Assembly (NCBI GenBank): GCA_052426225.1
Contig: JBNJNM010000013.1
Location: 186,001 to 250,000, forward strand
DNA from: Zancudomyces culisetae HAW-14-8
Taxonomy: Eukaryota; Fungi; Kickxellomycota
DNA: 64,000 bases
Direction: 5' to 3'
Shown: piece after piece, positions 48,926 to 60,772 of the stretch
Layout: every line of letters starts with the position of its first letter
Position numbering within the stretch: position 1 is the first letter of the stretch
Notes under the pieces: generated by a model
Told to the model about the DNA's origin: nothing
What the model saw: only the letters and a program-made list of their open reading frames with translations
The model's database searches: none
Translations under genes and position numbers: made by a program

Positions 48926-51190
48926 TAAAGTAATCATTCGTCATATCATAATAGCTAATGGAGAAAATAACTTCAACTCAGTAGTTAGTTCCCTAAATTA
49001 CATCGGGATTTAAAATAGTTCTATGACTTGATTGATACCTGTTACAACCACAACTCTTGTACAAAATGCAATTAGTAAGCTCTAAGCGTAAATAACCCGT
49101 TGAACATTATCAAGTTTGTATTTCACCATGCTGGCGCCGTATAGTATCGGAGATAGAAATTTCGGCATAATAAAGCTCTATTTTTTAAAGGGAACCATAA
49201 TTTATTTTCTTTTACTTTTTTGTTCGAGACTGCGACTGTTTTCTTGCATATATTGGCTGACTTTAATTTACTTTCTCCAGAATTATATAAAACCTCAACA
49301 CAAACTCTTGAAAATATTCCACGCTTGGTAATTTACTCCTTAGTTCCTGTGCGATAATTTTATTTCGGTTATTAAAAGTTTGTGTACCAGTTTTTATTAT
49401 AGAACAAACACAAAATGGAGGGTTGGGAAAAGCACAGATTAATTTTTTTTCTATTTTTAAAATAAAAAATACAGACTAATAAGGTCACATAAGAGTTGTT
49501 TGAAAAACAATGCTGGCTATTGGGTTACGATGTTGTAGTGATTGTGATAGAAATGGTAATTGTATTTTTTCATTTTTGGTTCTTTTATTAGCAATTGTAT
49601 AATAATGTTTGGATCGCTAATTCTGCAGTTAAATACAAGTGAAACAAACTACGAAAATGCGATTTGCATCATGTCACAATTATAAACTGTGTTCAAAGAT
49701 TTCACACAATTGATAACTTCCCTTTTTAATCTTTTAAGCAGTAAAACCTGATCACTAGTTGGATATCCAATATTGTGGAATTGTTGGTGTGATTTTCCCC
49801 TATGCAAACAAGTGTGTTTTTGGCGACAAATAACATGCACTTGATATTGTAAAGGCTAGCTTCTTTTTTTACAAACCTGAACCCCCTTCCCAGTTATTTT
49901 AGACATACAAATGTTTCCGATTTGATAAACAATAACAACAAATGTACAAGACGACTTTAGCTTAGAAAATATAAATTATCTAAATACGGCACAGCACATG
50001 TACTGAGTTATGTATATATTGACAGTGGGTTTGGAGGTGATGCACTAATAGGTCCGCATCCATTGATTTTTATTAAAATGCTTTGATTCTTTTTTTTATC
50101 GCAATTAACGATGTCTATTTGCTAGAAAATTTGTGTAAAATATCAACCTCCATCCTCATTGAAACAGTAATTTGGTTAGTATATGGATTCAACGATTCAG
50201 CAGCGTTAAAACCAAAACGGTTCAAGTTAGAGTGTATGCTATTTTTTGTATATCTGGACTTGGTTGATTCGTATGGGCTGCTATAAAAGAAAAAAAATGA
50301 ACTATATAATGGCTATAAAAAAATGATAGCCAATTTGCGTCCATGTAAATTACACTGGATATGCAATCCCTGAAGTTACGGTTAGAAGTACAATGCCATT
50401 ATTAATACATATTTTGTAGGAGATAAACATAATGATGGAAGTCAGCCCAGATACAAAACCAAATTTAGAGGTATCAGTTATAGTATAGTCGTAATTGGAT
50501 GTACAGTAAGAAGTAGAAGAAGCATACATAGTGAAAATTGTTAAGAGTAAAGCACTCGGCAGGCTAAAGTCAAAGACAGAATATTGGTCATCACGCTTCT
50601 CGGTGACACATATCACATAAGGGCAGGATTGATAAAAGATGGGGTGGTTCGCAAGTGGTGAAAAAGTCGCCTAAAGGCTTTAGAGTATCAATCAGCTCTG
50701 TTTGGGGCTCCTAAGAACTATTTGAAAATAAAAATTTAAATTATAGGCGATTTTTATCGTCCTAGGCTTTTGGGTGTTACTAATTGGTAAATCAAAAGTT
50801 GTTTCAAAATTTAAAAAGGCATCAGATATATTAATTACTTTTTTCTTTTGTGCAGCTCAATATTGTTGGGGTATGGAGCACGGATATTGGATAATAGCGA
50901 CGTTGAAATAGCATTGGTATCAAAAACGTGTCTTTATAATATATTTGATGTAAAAATGAGTAATGTAGCTACCACTTCTTTCTATATTTTCCACTTACTA
51001 TTGCTTGGATATACCTTTTTGGTGAGTCTTGTGAATGTTAAAAAGGTAATCGATGGCAGTATAGCATAATACATGAACCAACAAAAGAAATCGTTTCGGC
51101 TTTTAAACTTAAGCTTCAGAATAGATAAAGTTAAAGGTGACATATATCGCTTATAAGATATTTCTTACCCGGTTCTATTCCATTGTTGCT

Positions 51191-51280
51191 AATGAACGTC
51201 GTAATGATGTTTCTAATGATGTTTCTAATGATATTTTTAATGATATTTTTAATGATATTTTTAATGATATTTTTAATGAT
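51191..51280. repeat. 12-bp minisatellite (AATGATRTTTYT), 6 full plus 2 partial or degenerate units
   Basis: Units start at 51191 (degenerate), 51203, 51215, 51227, 51239, 51251, 51263 and 51275 (partial). Confidence 0.9.
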
Positions 51281-53175
51281 GGTGGATTCTCAAAAAGTTT
51301 TTTTTTGAGAATTATCAACTAATATCATATTATAAGATAGTATGCGAGTAAAAATTTTGTTTGGTACACGCTCAAAGGTCTTTTTCTGATATATCTGGGT
51401 AAATACTAATATATTTCACAGTAAATATAAATGAGCGAAAATCAGCTACATGTTTTTAAGGGCCTTCGACCCCTTCATTTATGACAACCTACAGTAGATG
51501 CAGTGAATTTTAACACTTTACATAACACACTGATTTTTTTAAAAAAGGTTGGGGGGTTATTTTAAATGATTGAATGAGTTTACAAAACATTTCTATAATA
51601 GATGCATGTGTAGGATCCAATACTAAATTAAAACATCAATTAAGTGATATCACACCACCAACACAGTATATCATTATTTTTATGAGTAATGTAATGTTTC
51701 ACAGTTTTTGGTACAAAGTCGTGAACTTTATTTTTTACAGAATTTCAAGTTCTCTATAGTTCCTAGTAACATGGTATCATAAAAGATACTACATTCCAAA
51801 TTAGCGGAAGATTTTCTCATGAGTATGAATTATGTCAGCTAATAGCTTTTCTTGGTCGGCAGCCACTGGGCATTACTTGTGTCAGTTTTTACTGGTGCAA
51901 ACTTACAACAAATGGACGTGAAATTAAAAATGTATCAGCCAATATTCACCATTTTTTAACTTTGATGTTTGATATCGTTAGCAATTGTAATAATTAAAGA
52001 TAGGCTGGTGAAAACTAACTTTTTAATTTTTTAAAAAAAGGAGTGGTGATGTTTTTAGAATATTGAAGACAAGGGTTTCCCTGATTGCATCGCAAAAAAA
52101 GCAATATATTAACCCAACTGAAGAGCATTGTCTCTATAGATATGGCTTCGATTTATAGTGTGCGGCTAGTAAAAGATGGTGATTCACGCATGTCTTCCTT
52201 TTTAGACACAAGCCCAGATTTGCAAAATGTTTCATCAGCAGTACATTTCGTTGCGGAACGCTATTCCTGGTGTAATTACACACATCACAAAAAAAAATTT
52301 AGTGTATAAAAGCCAACATGAGATTTTTCTTTGTTCACGATTTGTAATTGAGTTAGATCTGACAACTGAAAACGCGCAAACTAAGCAAGTGAAGGAAAAA
52401 AACCCGCTTCGATAACTTCGGTGGTTTACCTATTTGATGTGTTTAATGCGACCTATACTAGAATAAAGTGAAACAAAAACAACATACGAGCATCAGTAAA
52501 ATCTTGTGAAATGGGCGTCATCGCTATAAAGATATCTACAAAGATCAAAAAATACCCAGTACTGCCTATAGGGATTTCTATCCATTTTAATTAATCAATG
52601 TAGGTACAATTTTATGTTATGCAAATAACAAAACTTATGTGAACTCCACTTAACACAAAGCATGTACTTTGAAATAGCAAAACGAAAACGTGATCATTTT
52701 GCAGGTTATATGTTTTGATAACTGTGCCAGCACATTAGGTAATAGTGAGAAAAAATTTTTTTTTTTTAAATTTGTAATAATTAGCGATAAATGAAATTTA
52801 ATTGCAATTCAAAGGTTATTGTTAAAAAAAGTTAGAAAAAAAAAATAAACCGGCTTAGATTTGTAAAAATCAGTGAATAGCAGGTTTAAAAATAGAAAAT
52901 TTTACAATTATTAATAGCTGCTGTTCAGGACTATAAGTGATAACGCCTAGAAAAGAAGCCTGGATTTGCGAAAAAAAAAAACGGGTAACGGTATTGATAT
53001 AAATATCCAAGATATCGACAGAACTTTACCCTCATCTTTGTTCAAACAACTTTTAAAGATATAACTAAAAGTTTTATTTTTTAAAATTTAGCATACTGGG
53101 TTTACTAGATAAACTTGAAAAAGCATACATTACACAAGACAATAAACAATCACAGACAACTACTTTAAAACAGAA

Positions 53176-53376
53176 ATGAAGTTTATAACAGTAGCTCTAG
53201 CACTCACCACCTTTGCAGCATCTGCACCAGCTCCTCAACAAGGACAAAACGTTGCAAGCATCCCAAGATACATAGCACAGCCAAGAGCCGCTACCAATCA
53301 AAGAACCTCAGGTCAAGGCAGAGTATACGACAGTTGGATTGGATCAAACTTCAACTGGGGTATTAGTTGGTGGTAA
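53176..53376 (+). CDS. Small secreted peptide precursor (66 aa) with Trp-rich C-terminus
   Basis: Classical signal peptide MKFITVALALTTFAASAP, TATAAATA at 52998-53005, A/C-rich leader and GAAATG start context. Confidence 0.75.
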   Translation: MKFITVALALTTFAASAPAPQQGQNVASIPRYIAQPRAATNQRTSGQGRVYDSWIGSNFNWGISWW

Positions 53377-53890
53377 GCAGCCAGCACACTTAACTGTAAT
53401 CTAGGTTGTCCTGCTTGGCGCTTCTAAGGAAAACTTACACCTGCAACTATCTTTGTGAACATAAGGCATTAGCTTTTGCGACAATTTAGCTTGAACAGGT
53501 ACTCGTAAGTTTTTTTGTAGAGCTTTTTTTTTCAGTGGCTTCTTCCTTTTTTTTTAGGCCTTAATATTTTCATTTCTTGAGTGTTCTTTTATTATTGTTG
53601 GATCTGATAATATTTATAAAGCTACCTTTAAACGAGACTGAAAAAGAATTGAATCATATTGCAAAATCGTATAATACCATGAATATGTATTTCTGTGCTA
53701 CCATTTGTTCAAAGAAATGACAGACATTAGTGTTAAACTAAAGAGGTGAAGAAATAAATAGATCTAGATGTTAAGAATTTATAAAAACGCCATCTTTATA
53801 TTCTTTGCTGCAATTTATCAGTATGCAACACCTGAATATAACAGCAAAAGTAAAGATCTGATCGGTAGAGGTGTTATCAGTAATTTGGAA

Positions 53891-56002
53891 TTAGAGCGAT
53901 ACCATGCTACTCTTTCTACTTTGCGCAGCCTTCTTGATTTTATCCCTGAACCTTCTTAATACAAGCAAAGCTTTTACCTATTTAAACTCAAGACACTTAG
54001 AAGTGAATACTTATCTTTATATATGTTAGTCGATATATTTATTCGCTTGCACAGCAATCACATAATAAAAGTAGTTATTACCAATGGATAAAGTTCTATT
54101 GTCTGGGTGATCGCCGAATCCAAATCGCTAGGTACTACTTGGTGCACAACAACATGTGTATTCTCCTCCTTAGAGGGTAAGGGCATGGTACCATTGCTTG
54201 TCATCCATGGATGTGTCTGTTAAAAAAAACCCCCCAAAAGATTTGTTACTAATAGGTCAAGAATATTTCAAGAGCCAAGGAAAAAAAGTGTTATACGAGG
54301 GTGTTTTGGGCACCTACTCTCATTTGATCAAGAGAAATTCGTTCATCAATATTGATTTTTAGCATGGAAGTTATCAAATCCTTGAGCTCATCACTAGCTG
54401 AAACACTGAATTGCAAACTATAGTTTACAGAGATTTGTTTATTAAAGACAAAATATTCACGCTTATAATCTTAACCGTCACCAAGATCCTCGACTTACTC
54501 GTTCTTAATGGAATCGCTTATTTCGATGATCGAATTTCCAGGAAAAGGCAGCTGTCCTTGTGTAATACAGTAGAGTGTTACACCAAGAGCCCAAACATCC
54601 GATGAATATGGGTCCACTCTAGTGTCGCTTTCCCCTAGCAGTTCTGGTGCTGAAAAAGCTGGGGTTCCTGGTGATTGTTTTTTGTTAGAAAGCTCATCGA
54701 TAATTCTAGATTCTCCAAAATCCGATATTTTCAAAACACGATCTTTGTTTAATAGTAAATTATCTGGTTTGATATCTATTTTTCAAAAAAAACACCCGTA
54801 TTTGGTTTGTAAGAAAGTTGACTACAAATGGTTTATTTGGACTGCATTTTCGTAATGTATGGAGTTGGTAAACATAAACATAGTTCAATTCGTGTTGTAG
54901 ATACAATTAAATAGCAGTGCAAAAAAGTGACCTACCTCGATGTACAATCCTGTTTGCATGTACTAAAAAGATGACAAGACTTAAATATTATAAACACACT
55001 CTTTCTCTTTCACAGTAAATTTCATAATCACTATATGCATAATGTTTGGTGGCGGAAAGGAAATAAAATGAATTGAAATATTTACAATATTCAAGACCAA
55101 GGAATGCCTGAATAAATAACGCTCTGGCATCGTCCTCGCACAATGGTTTTGCTGATTTTCCAGGTTCGATTTTAAAGACTGGACCCAGGGTGCATACATC
55201 AAATACTAAAATATTTCATAAAGTCATTACATGTTTGTTTTAGTAGACGTTTAATTGTAGGAGAACTAATAGAAAGATTACCCATGTATAGTTTGTCATG
55301 AATTGGATCATTGATCACTTCGTGTAGTCTTATTACATTCTCATGATCCAGCCTTTTCATTACAGCCAATTCATTCCGTATTAAATAAAACTCGTCTTTT
55401 TTTTCGTTTTCTTTTTGCTCTTCCAACACATGCTTTAACTCAGAAAAATTCATATTCTTCATTCCAGCAGCCTTGAATCTTGGCGGTGCTGATTCTGTAT
55501 CATGGAGTCTCTTTTCCTGGCGTTGCTTAAGTAGACAAGCTTGGTCTTGTTTTCTAAGGATAGCCTTTGTCATTTTTTTGATTGCCTAAAACGGGTTTTC
55601 GGCAAGTTAAGTATGTTATGAAAAAAGATAATGCTAGCCCACGGTGATGTATATACTTTTTTTTTTGTAAACAAAGAATAGATGTGGAGTTAAATAAACA
55701 ACTAAAGTGGTGAATATAATTCTTACATATTGCGTTCCACTAAGTATATCATGACCAAGGTACACAGTGCCATACGATCCCTTTCCTAAAATCTTTTCTA
55801 TCTTGTATTGATTAAGCTGAAATGGTTTGATTTGTTGATTTTCAGAGCCACAGCTAGAATCTGAATCGTATTCACTTTCAGAGTCTTCCGAAAACTCCGC
55901 GGCACGATAGGAGTTTACTGGGCGAGTGCCCTCCGCCCTGTTATCATCCTCAAGTATTCTTTTGGCGATAGTATATTTGATTTCTAGTTTCCCTTCGTAC
56001 AT
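53891..56002 (-). CDS. CaMKK/Sak1/Ssp1-like Ser/Thr kinase, about 8 exons
   Basis: LNQY..LGKGSYGTVY, AIK, basic insert after subdomain II, ELAVMKRLDHENVIRLHEVINDP, HRDIKPDNLL, KISDFG, GTPAFSAPE, DVWALGVTLY, HPWMT. Confidence 0.88.
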
Positions 56003-57854
56003 TCCTATTAGTATAGTAGCGATATCCCGCAGTCCGTGCCTGTTCAATTCTAAATTAAATGAGAAAAAAAAGTGTATTGTATATCGCTTTTGAGACTCAA
56101 GCATATAAAGAACTGGGTATTGTGCACAAAAACCATAATGCACACGTGCTTCGAATCGCTGATTTGTGCAACAGTTTTTATCGTATCATTTTTGCTACTG
56201 GTGTTGACAAGTAAATGCAAGTTTCATTTACATCTGTTTCAAGAAATTATTGGATAATTGTTGTCCAATCTGCAGAGTGTTTTGGGCTAAATTTCACACC
56301 TTAATGGCATGCAACCCAATTGGAAACATATGTGATTAAATTGTAGAAAGGTCAACACCATTGGTCGGTTTGAAGTCCTTCGCTAATCAAAGTGGGGGCA
56401 GTATAATTGATGGCTAATTCTGAACCAAACACTGAAAAACAGGTATTAATGTAAAAGAATGTATAGTATGGTAGTGGTTTTTGGATCTTAAGATTCCTCT
56501 ATACATAAAAAACCATAGCGGATTCCACTCTAGATTCTCATAGAGTCTAGCCCATTAGTAAATAGCGTTTGTGCCTATGAAAATAACATCCTCTCAGCAT
56601 TTGTCTTGAGAGCTTAATAATTATTATTTTGTTCTATAGCTAAACCAAACTACACCAAAATTTAGGACATAATAACCTTATTCAACAAGTAGTAGTGATG
56701 TTTATTATATATCTTTTCCTATGTGATTCATAAACAGATTTTTAAATGATTTGAATACAACACTAATGCTGCCACCCATTATGATATAATAATAGTTATA
56801 TTTTATCATTAAGCTTTAAGTTAAGCCTGGGAAAGTTGGTATACTTGAAAGCAAGATGGGAGAGTGGAACTATTCGAAAAAAAGTACCACCCTTTTCGAA
56901 GATTGTATTAAGACACCCCCCCCATTTACAGTTACTATGCACCCGAGGCATATAGTACCAAGCATCCATGAAACGTGTTTATTATAATTCAACTTTTTTG
57001 TAGCTATTTTCATAGTGCTATCACTAGCAACCGAATTGACTCGAGAATAAGACCATTATACTATCTCTTGCTCACATATAAGTGAATTGAGTGTGTATGG
57101 TACAACAAGTATGAGCCAACGTATCTTTTTTTAGCAAAAAAGAATTAAAAAGTTAGAACTATATTTTTTGCTATGGGCTAAGATTACCACAATCGCCATC
57201 ACATTTCTCCCAGTTACTACAGTTGGCACTAACAAACATGGTACATATTGTGCAGTGTTTTTTTTTTTGAGTGGGGTATAGGGCAATGAAATACATTATA
57301 CAAATTAATCATTCCCAAAGTATAAATTTTCTCGGGGCATTTCTACCCATCATGGTACTTCAAGTGGTGCGAAAATGTGATGATTCAAGAAAGCAGGTAA
57401 TAACAATTTGAGGATGCTGTTTCCTTTCTCTGGACAAAGGCTATCTAATAAATTGAGAAGCAATCAAAACAATCTAGGATTACTTAGCTAGGAGTTTTCA
57501 AGCAAGATGCTTGATAAAACTGGAGAGTGTTCTGCAATAAAAGTACAATATGAACCTATTATCTTGGCATTAAAACGATCACGTGTTATAGTATTGAGCA
57601 GGAAATTGGAGGTGGATTGGAAGACTTAAAACATGGGCTTTTTTAGCATTTGGTTATGTAAAATCCTGCAGTTGAAGTTAGGAATGAATTACCTGTTTTT
57701 TAATTTATGCGCAAATTGTGTAAGCACAGTGGAGTAAGCGAATAAACCAAATTAAATATCCTTCGATAAAATAAAGCACACAAAGGAAATATAAAGGGGT
57801 AATTAACATCAAGACATTTAACAAATATAAAATTTGATTGAGAATAAAGGGAAA

Positions 57855-59243
57855 ATGAACAGCAATAGAAAAACATCGATAGACAATGGTAACTTGTCGA
57901 GTGCAAACTCAAAGCCGATTCAGATTAAACTTGTGCTTTTAGGTAAGTATCAAAGAGGTGCTGATAATCGTACCACATAGATGTGGATTAACCAATTTAC
58001 GCTTATTTCCCACTAATCCGCAAAGTAAAATACAAGGAAAAAAGACACGTATTCAGGATTAAAATAAGATGAAAGGCCTCCACTTTATCAATTCAAGCAC
58101 AAAGCGGGTAGCAAATTGAAAAGTGGATGGCACTGCAGTTTAATTTTGATTCCATTTTCTGAACGAACAAAAAAAAACAATAACAACAAAACGCTATTTC
58201 TGTTGAAAATAGGTGAATCGGCAGTAGGGAAATCAAGTCTTGTTATAAGATACGTAAACGATGAATTCCACGAAAATAAAGAACCAACAATAGGAGGTAA
58301 AGCTGCCATTATTTTGGTCATTATCCTTAATAAACAGTGCGATTCGACTTTTAGTTCATGGTTTAGGGAACATAACCTTTAATTTTGTTATTGGTACAAA
58401 AATAGCTGCATTTCTAACGCAGGTGTGCTCAGTCGAAGATAAAACCGTGAAATTTGAGATCTGGGACACGGCAGGCCAAGAAAGATTCCATTCATTGGCG
58501 CCCATGTACTATAGAAATTCACACGCAGCAATAGTAGTATATGATATTACTCGAGCGGTAAGAGTTATAAATGCATATTTTTTTTTAGTGTAGAGTATGT
58601 CATAAACCGTACATTTTATAAAAATAGTCAAGTCTGGACCGGGCAAAAACGTGGGTCAAAGATTTGCAAAGACAAGCAGGAACTAATATAGTTATCGCAT
58701 TAGTTGGTAATAAGTTGGATTTAGCAGAATCCTCAGACTCTTCTTCTCCATTGTTTGCATCGCAGACATCTCCTGGGCAAGCATCCGTAGAAAATGGTAC
58801 AATTACATCACCAGAACAAGTAGGGGCTGAACCTGCGGATGAAACAATGATATACTACAAAAGGACAGGAAGAGAGGTACCCAAAGCAGAAGCAGAGGCA
58901 TATGCACGAGAAGCGGGATTGCTATTTTTTGAATCAAGTGCCAAACACTCAGTCAATGTTCAAGAAATATTTACAAGTATAGGTAAGTGGTTTTTGATGC
59001 TTTATTTGATTGATTTATTGGTAAAGAGAATGTTTTTAGCTGGTAATTACGCATGTTGTGAATGTATGAATAGCAAAAAAACTACCGTTGGAGACCATTC
59101 TTGCTAACTCGCGTACAATGAGGGGAAGCCAACTTAATAGTGGAATGGTGAATGTGAGTGGGCTTGGAGAAGCAGGATTTTCATCTGGGGGAGGAGGGAG
59201 AGATCAAAGGGATAATCAACCAGGAAACAATTGTGCATGCTGA
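57855..59243 (+). CDS. VPS21: Rab5-family GTPase (Vps21/Ypt5), 5 exons
   Basis: [55 protein letters not shown]-terminal CAC prenylation motif. Confidence 0.93.
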
Positions 59244-59797
59244 TGTTGCCATGATTTGTTTTTTTTGGGGGGGAGGCGAGAAGTGGTAAGCCAATAGTTT
59301 TAGTGCCGCCTGCCCTTGGGTTTACCTAAAAGTAAGGGGGAGGGCGTGGGGATGGGTGTGGGTGTTGGATAGAAGGAGTAGAGATCCGTTGTGAGTTTAT
59401 TTAAATGTATTTCTTTTTGTTTTTTATTATTATTTTTTTGAGATGTATCATGTTTCGTTGATGTTATGTTTTATTACGAGTACAAATATATTACTAATTC
59501 GTGACTGGCAGAGAATCAAAGGCAATTACAGGTACAGAATTATCATCACTTTTTTTTGAAAAATCCTGGGGGGAGTTTAGAGTAAAAAAAATTTTTTATG
59601 CGCGATATAGCAGTATTGGTGAAACAGAATGTGGGCAAATCTAAATAATTGGCAATAATACATCAAAATCCAGGAATGTAAATAAAAAAAATCGTAGCAG
59701 ATAGTAAAAGCTTGATTGAAAAGGCACTTCAAAAAAAACAAAGCTTGTATTAGATAAGCTCAATTATAGATACAAAATTAAATTTGGTAGAGTGGAA

Positions 59798-60754
59798 ATG
59801 AATCGGATCGTTGCGAGTCATAATATAAAAAGGATAAGTGGGATATCTTTTCGGTTAAAAAAGACAAACTCTTTTTTTGGAGGAAGTGTAGCAGCGAACA
59901 ATTCCAAGCTGAATCTTTGCAACCAAACTTCAAAAAGAACAATATCAACTAGCCCACGATCCAGAAAAGAATCAGATAAAAAAGATGGAAGCAATATTGA
60001 CATAGTAAGACAACCAACTATTGAGGCTTCGGGTGCATTTAGTACATTGCAGCCATCGCTTACACAGGATATTGTTTCTACATCCACTTCAGGAGCATTC
60101 GGAAAAGCCAGAAAGGGAGGTGATGCAGGCGCTGGAGGGGAATTTAGATTTTTGTATTCAACAATAAATTTCAAAACCTCACCGAAAAAACTACGGTTTA
60201 TGGCGAACCAGATCGTAGGAATGAAAGTCAATGAGGCGATCAAACAACTCGAATTCCACAACCGCAAGAGACCGGCGAAAAAAGTTATGAATGGGTTGGT
60301 ATTTGCAAGAAAGAGATGCGGCAAACTGCTATCGGTTGAGGACAAAGAAGAGCAGGAAAGCGATGGGGCAATGGCCTCAGCAATCGCGGGGACAAAGGGG
60401 CAATATACAGATGATATGTTGGTTGTTAAGGAGGCATGGGTTGGCAAAGGGCAGTTTAGAAAGACGTTGCAGTACAAAGCACGAGGTCGATTTGGTGTAG
60501 TGCACCACCCAAAGGCACACATGAAGATTGTGCTGGGGCTTAGCAGCAGCGCAAGTAAGCTGGAGCAGGCACAAGAAGATGTGGTCAGCAAAATATACTA
60601 CATTCCGCCAACTGAGGGGCAGGAAAACAAGGCTATCAATAAAGGGCTCAAAAGAAAAAAGAATCGTGGATTTGAATATGATGAAAAGTTTATTTGGAAA
60701 CCACTAGTAGAAACTAAACCTATATATAACGCCAAGCCGTTTTACAATTGGTAA
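59798..60754 (+). CDS. MRPL22: Mitochondrial ribosomal protein uL22m
   Basis: Basic N-terminal presequence; SPKKLRFMANQI..AIKQLEF, EAWVGKG, KARGRFG, HMKIVL. Confidence 0.92.
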   Translation: MNRIVASHNIKRISGISFRLKKTNSFFGGSVAANNSKLNLCNQTSKRTISTSPRSRKESDKKDGSNIDIVRQPTIEASGAFSTLQPSLTQDIVSTSTSGAFGKARKGGDAGAGGEFRFLYSTINFKTSPKKLRFMANQIVGMKVNEAIKQLEFHNRKRPAKKVMNGLVFARKRCGKLLSVEDKEEQESDGAMASAIAGTKGQYTDDMLVVKEAWVGKGQFRKTLQYKARGRFGVVHHPKAHMKIVLGLSSSASKLEQAQEDVVSKIYYIPPTEGQENKAINKGLKRKKNRGFEYDEKFIWKPLVETKPIYNAKPFYNW

Positions 60755-60772
60755 AACGCGGCTAGACAATGT

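Noticed and set aside
50350-50616. Hydrophobic 88-aa ORF faintly like a Bax-inhibitor/TM protein
   Set aside because: No ATG start or splice model, and the similarity is too weak.
51191-51280. Repeat array as possible CRISPR
   Set aside because: Head-to-tail 12-bp units with no spacers, in a eukaryotic context.
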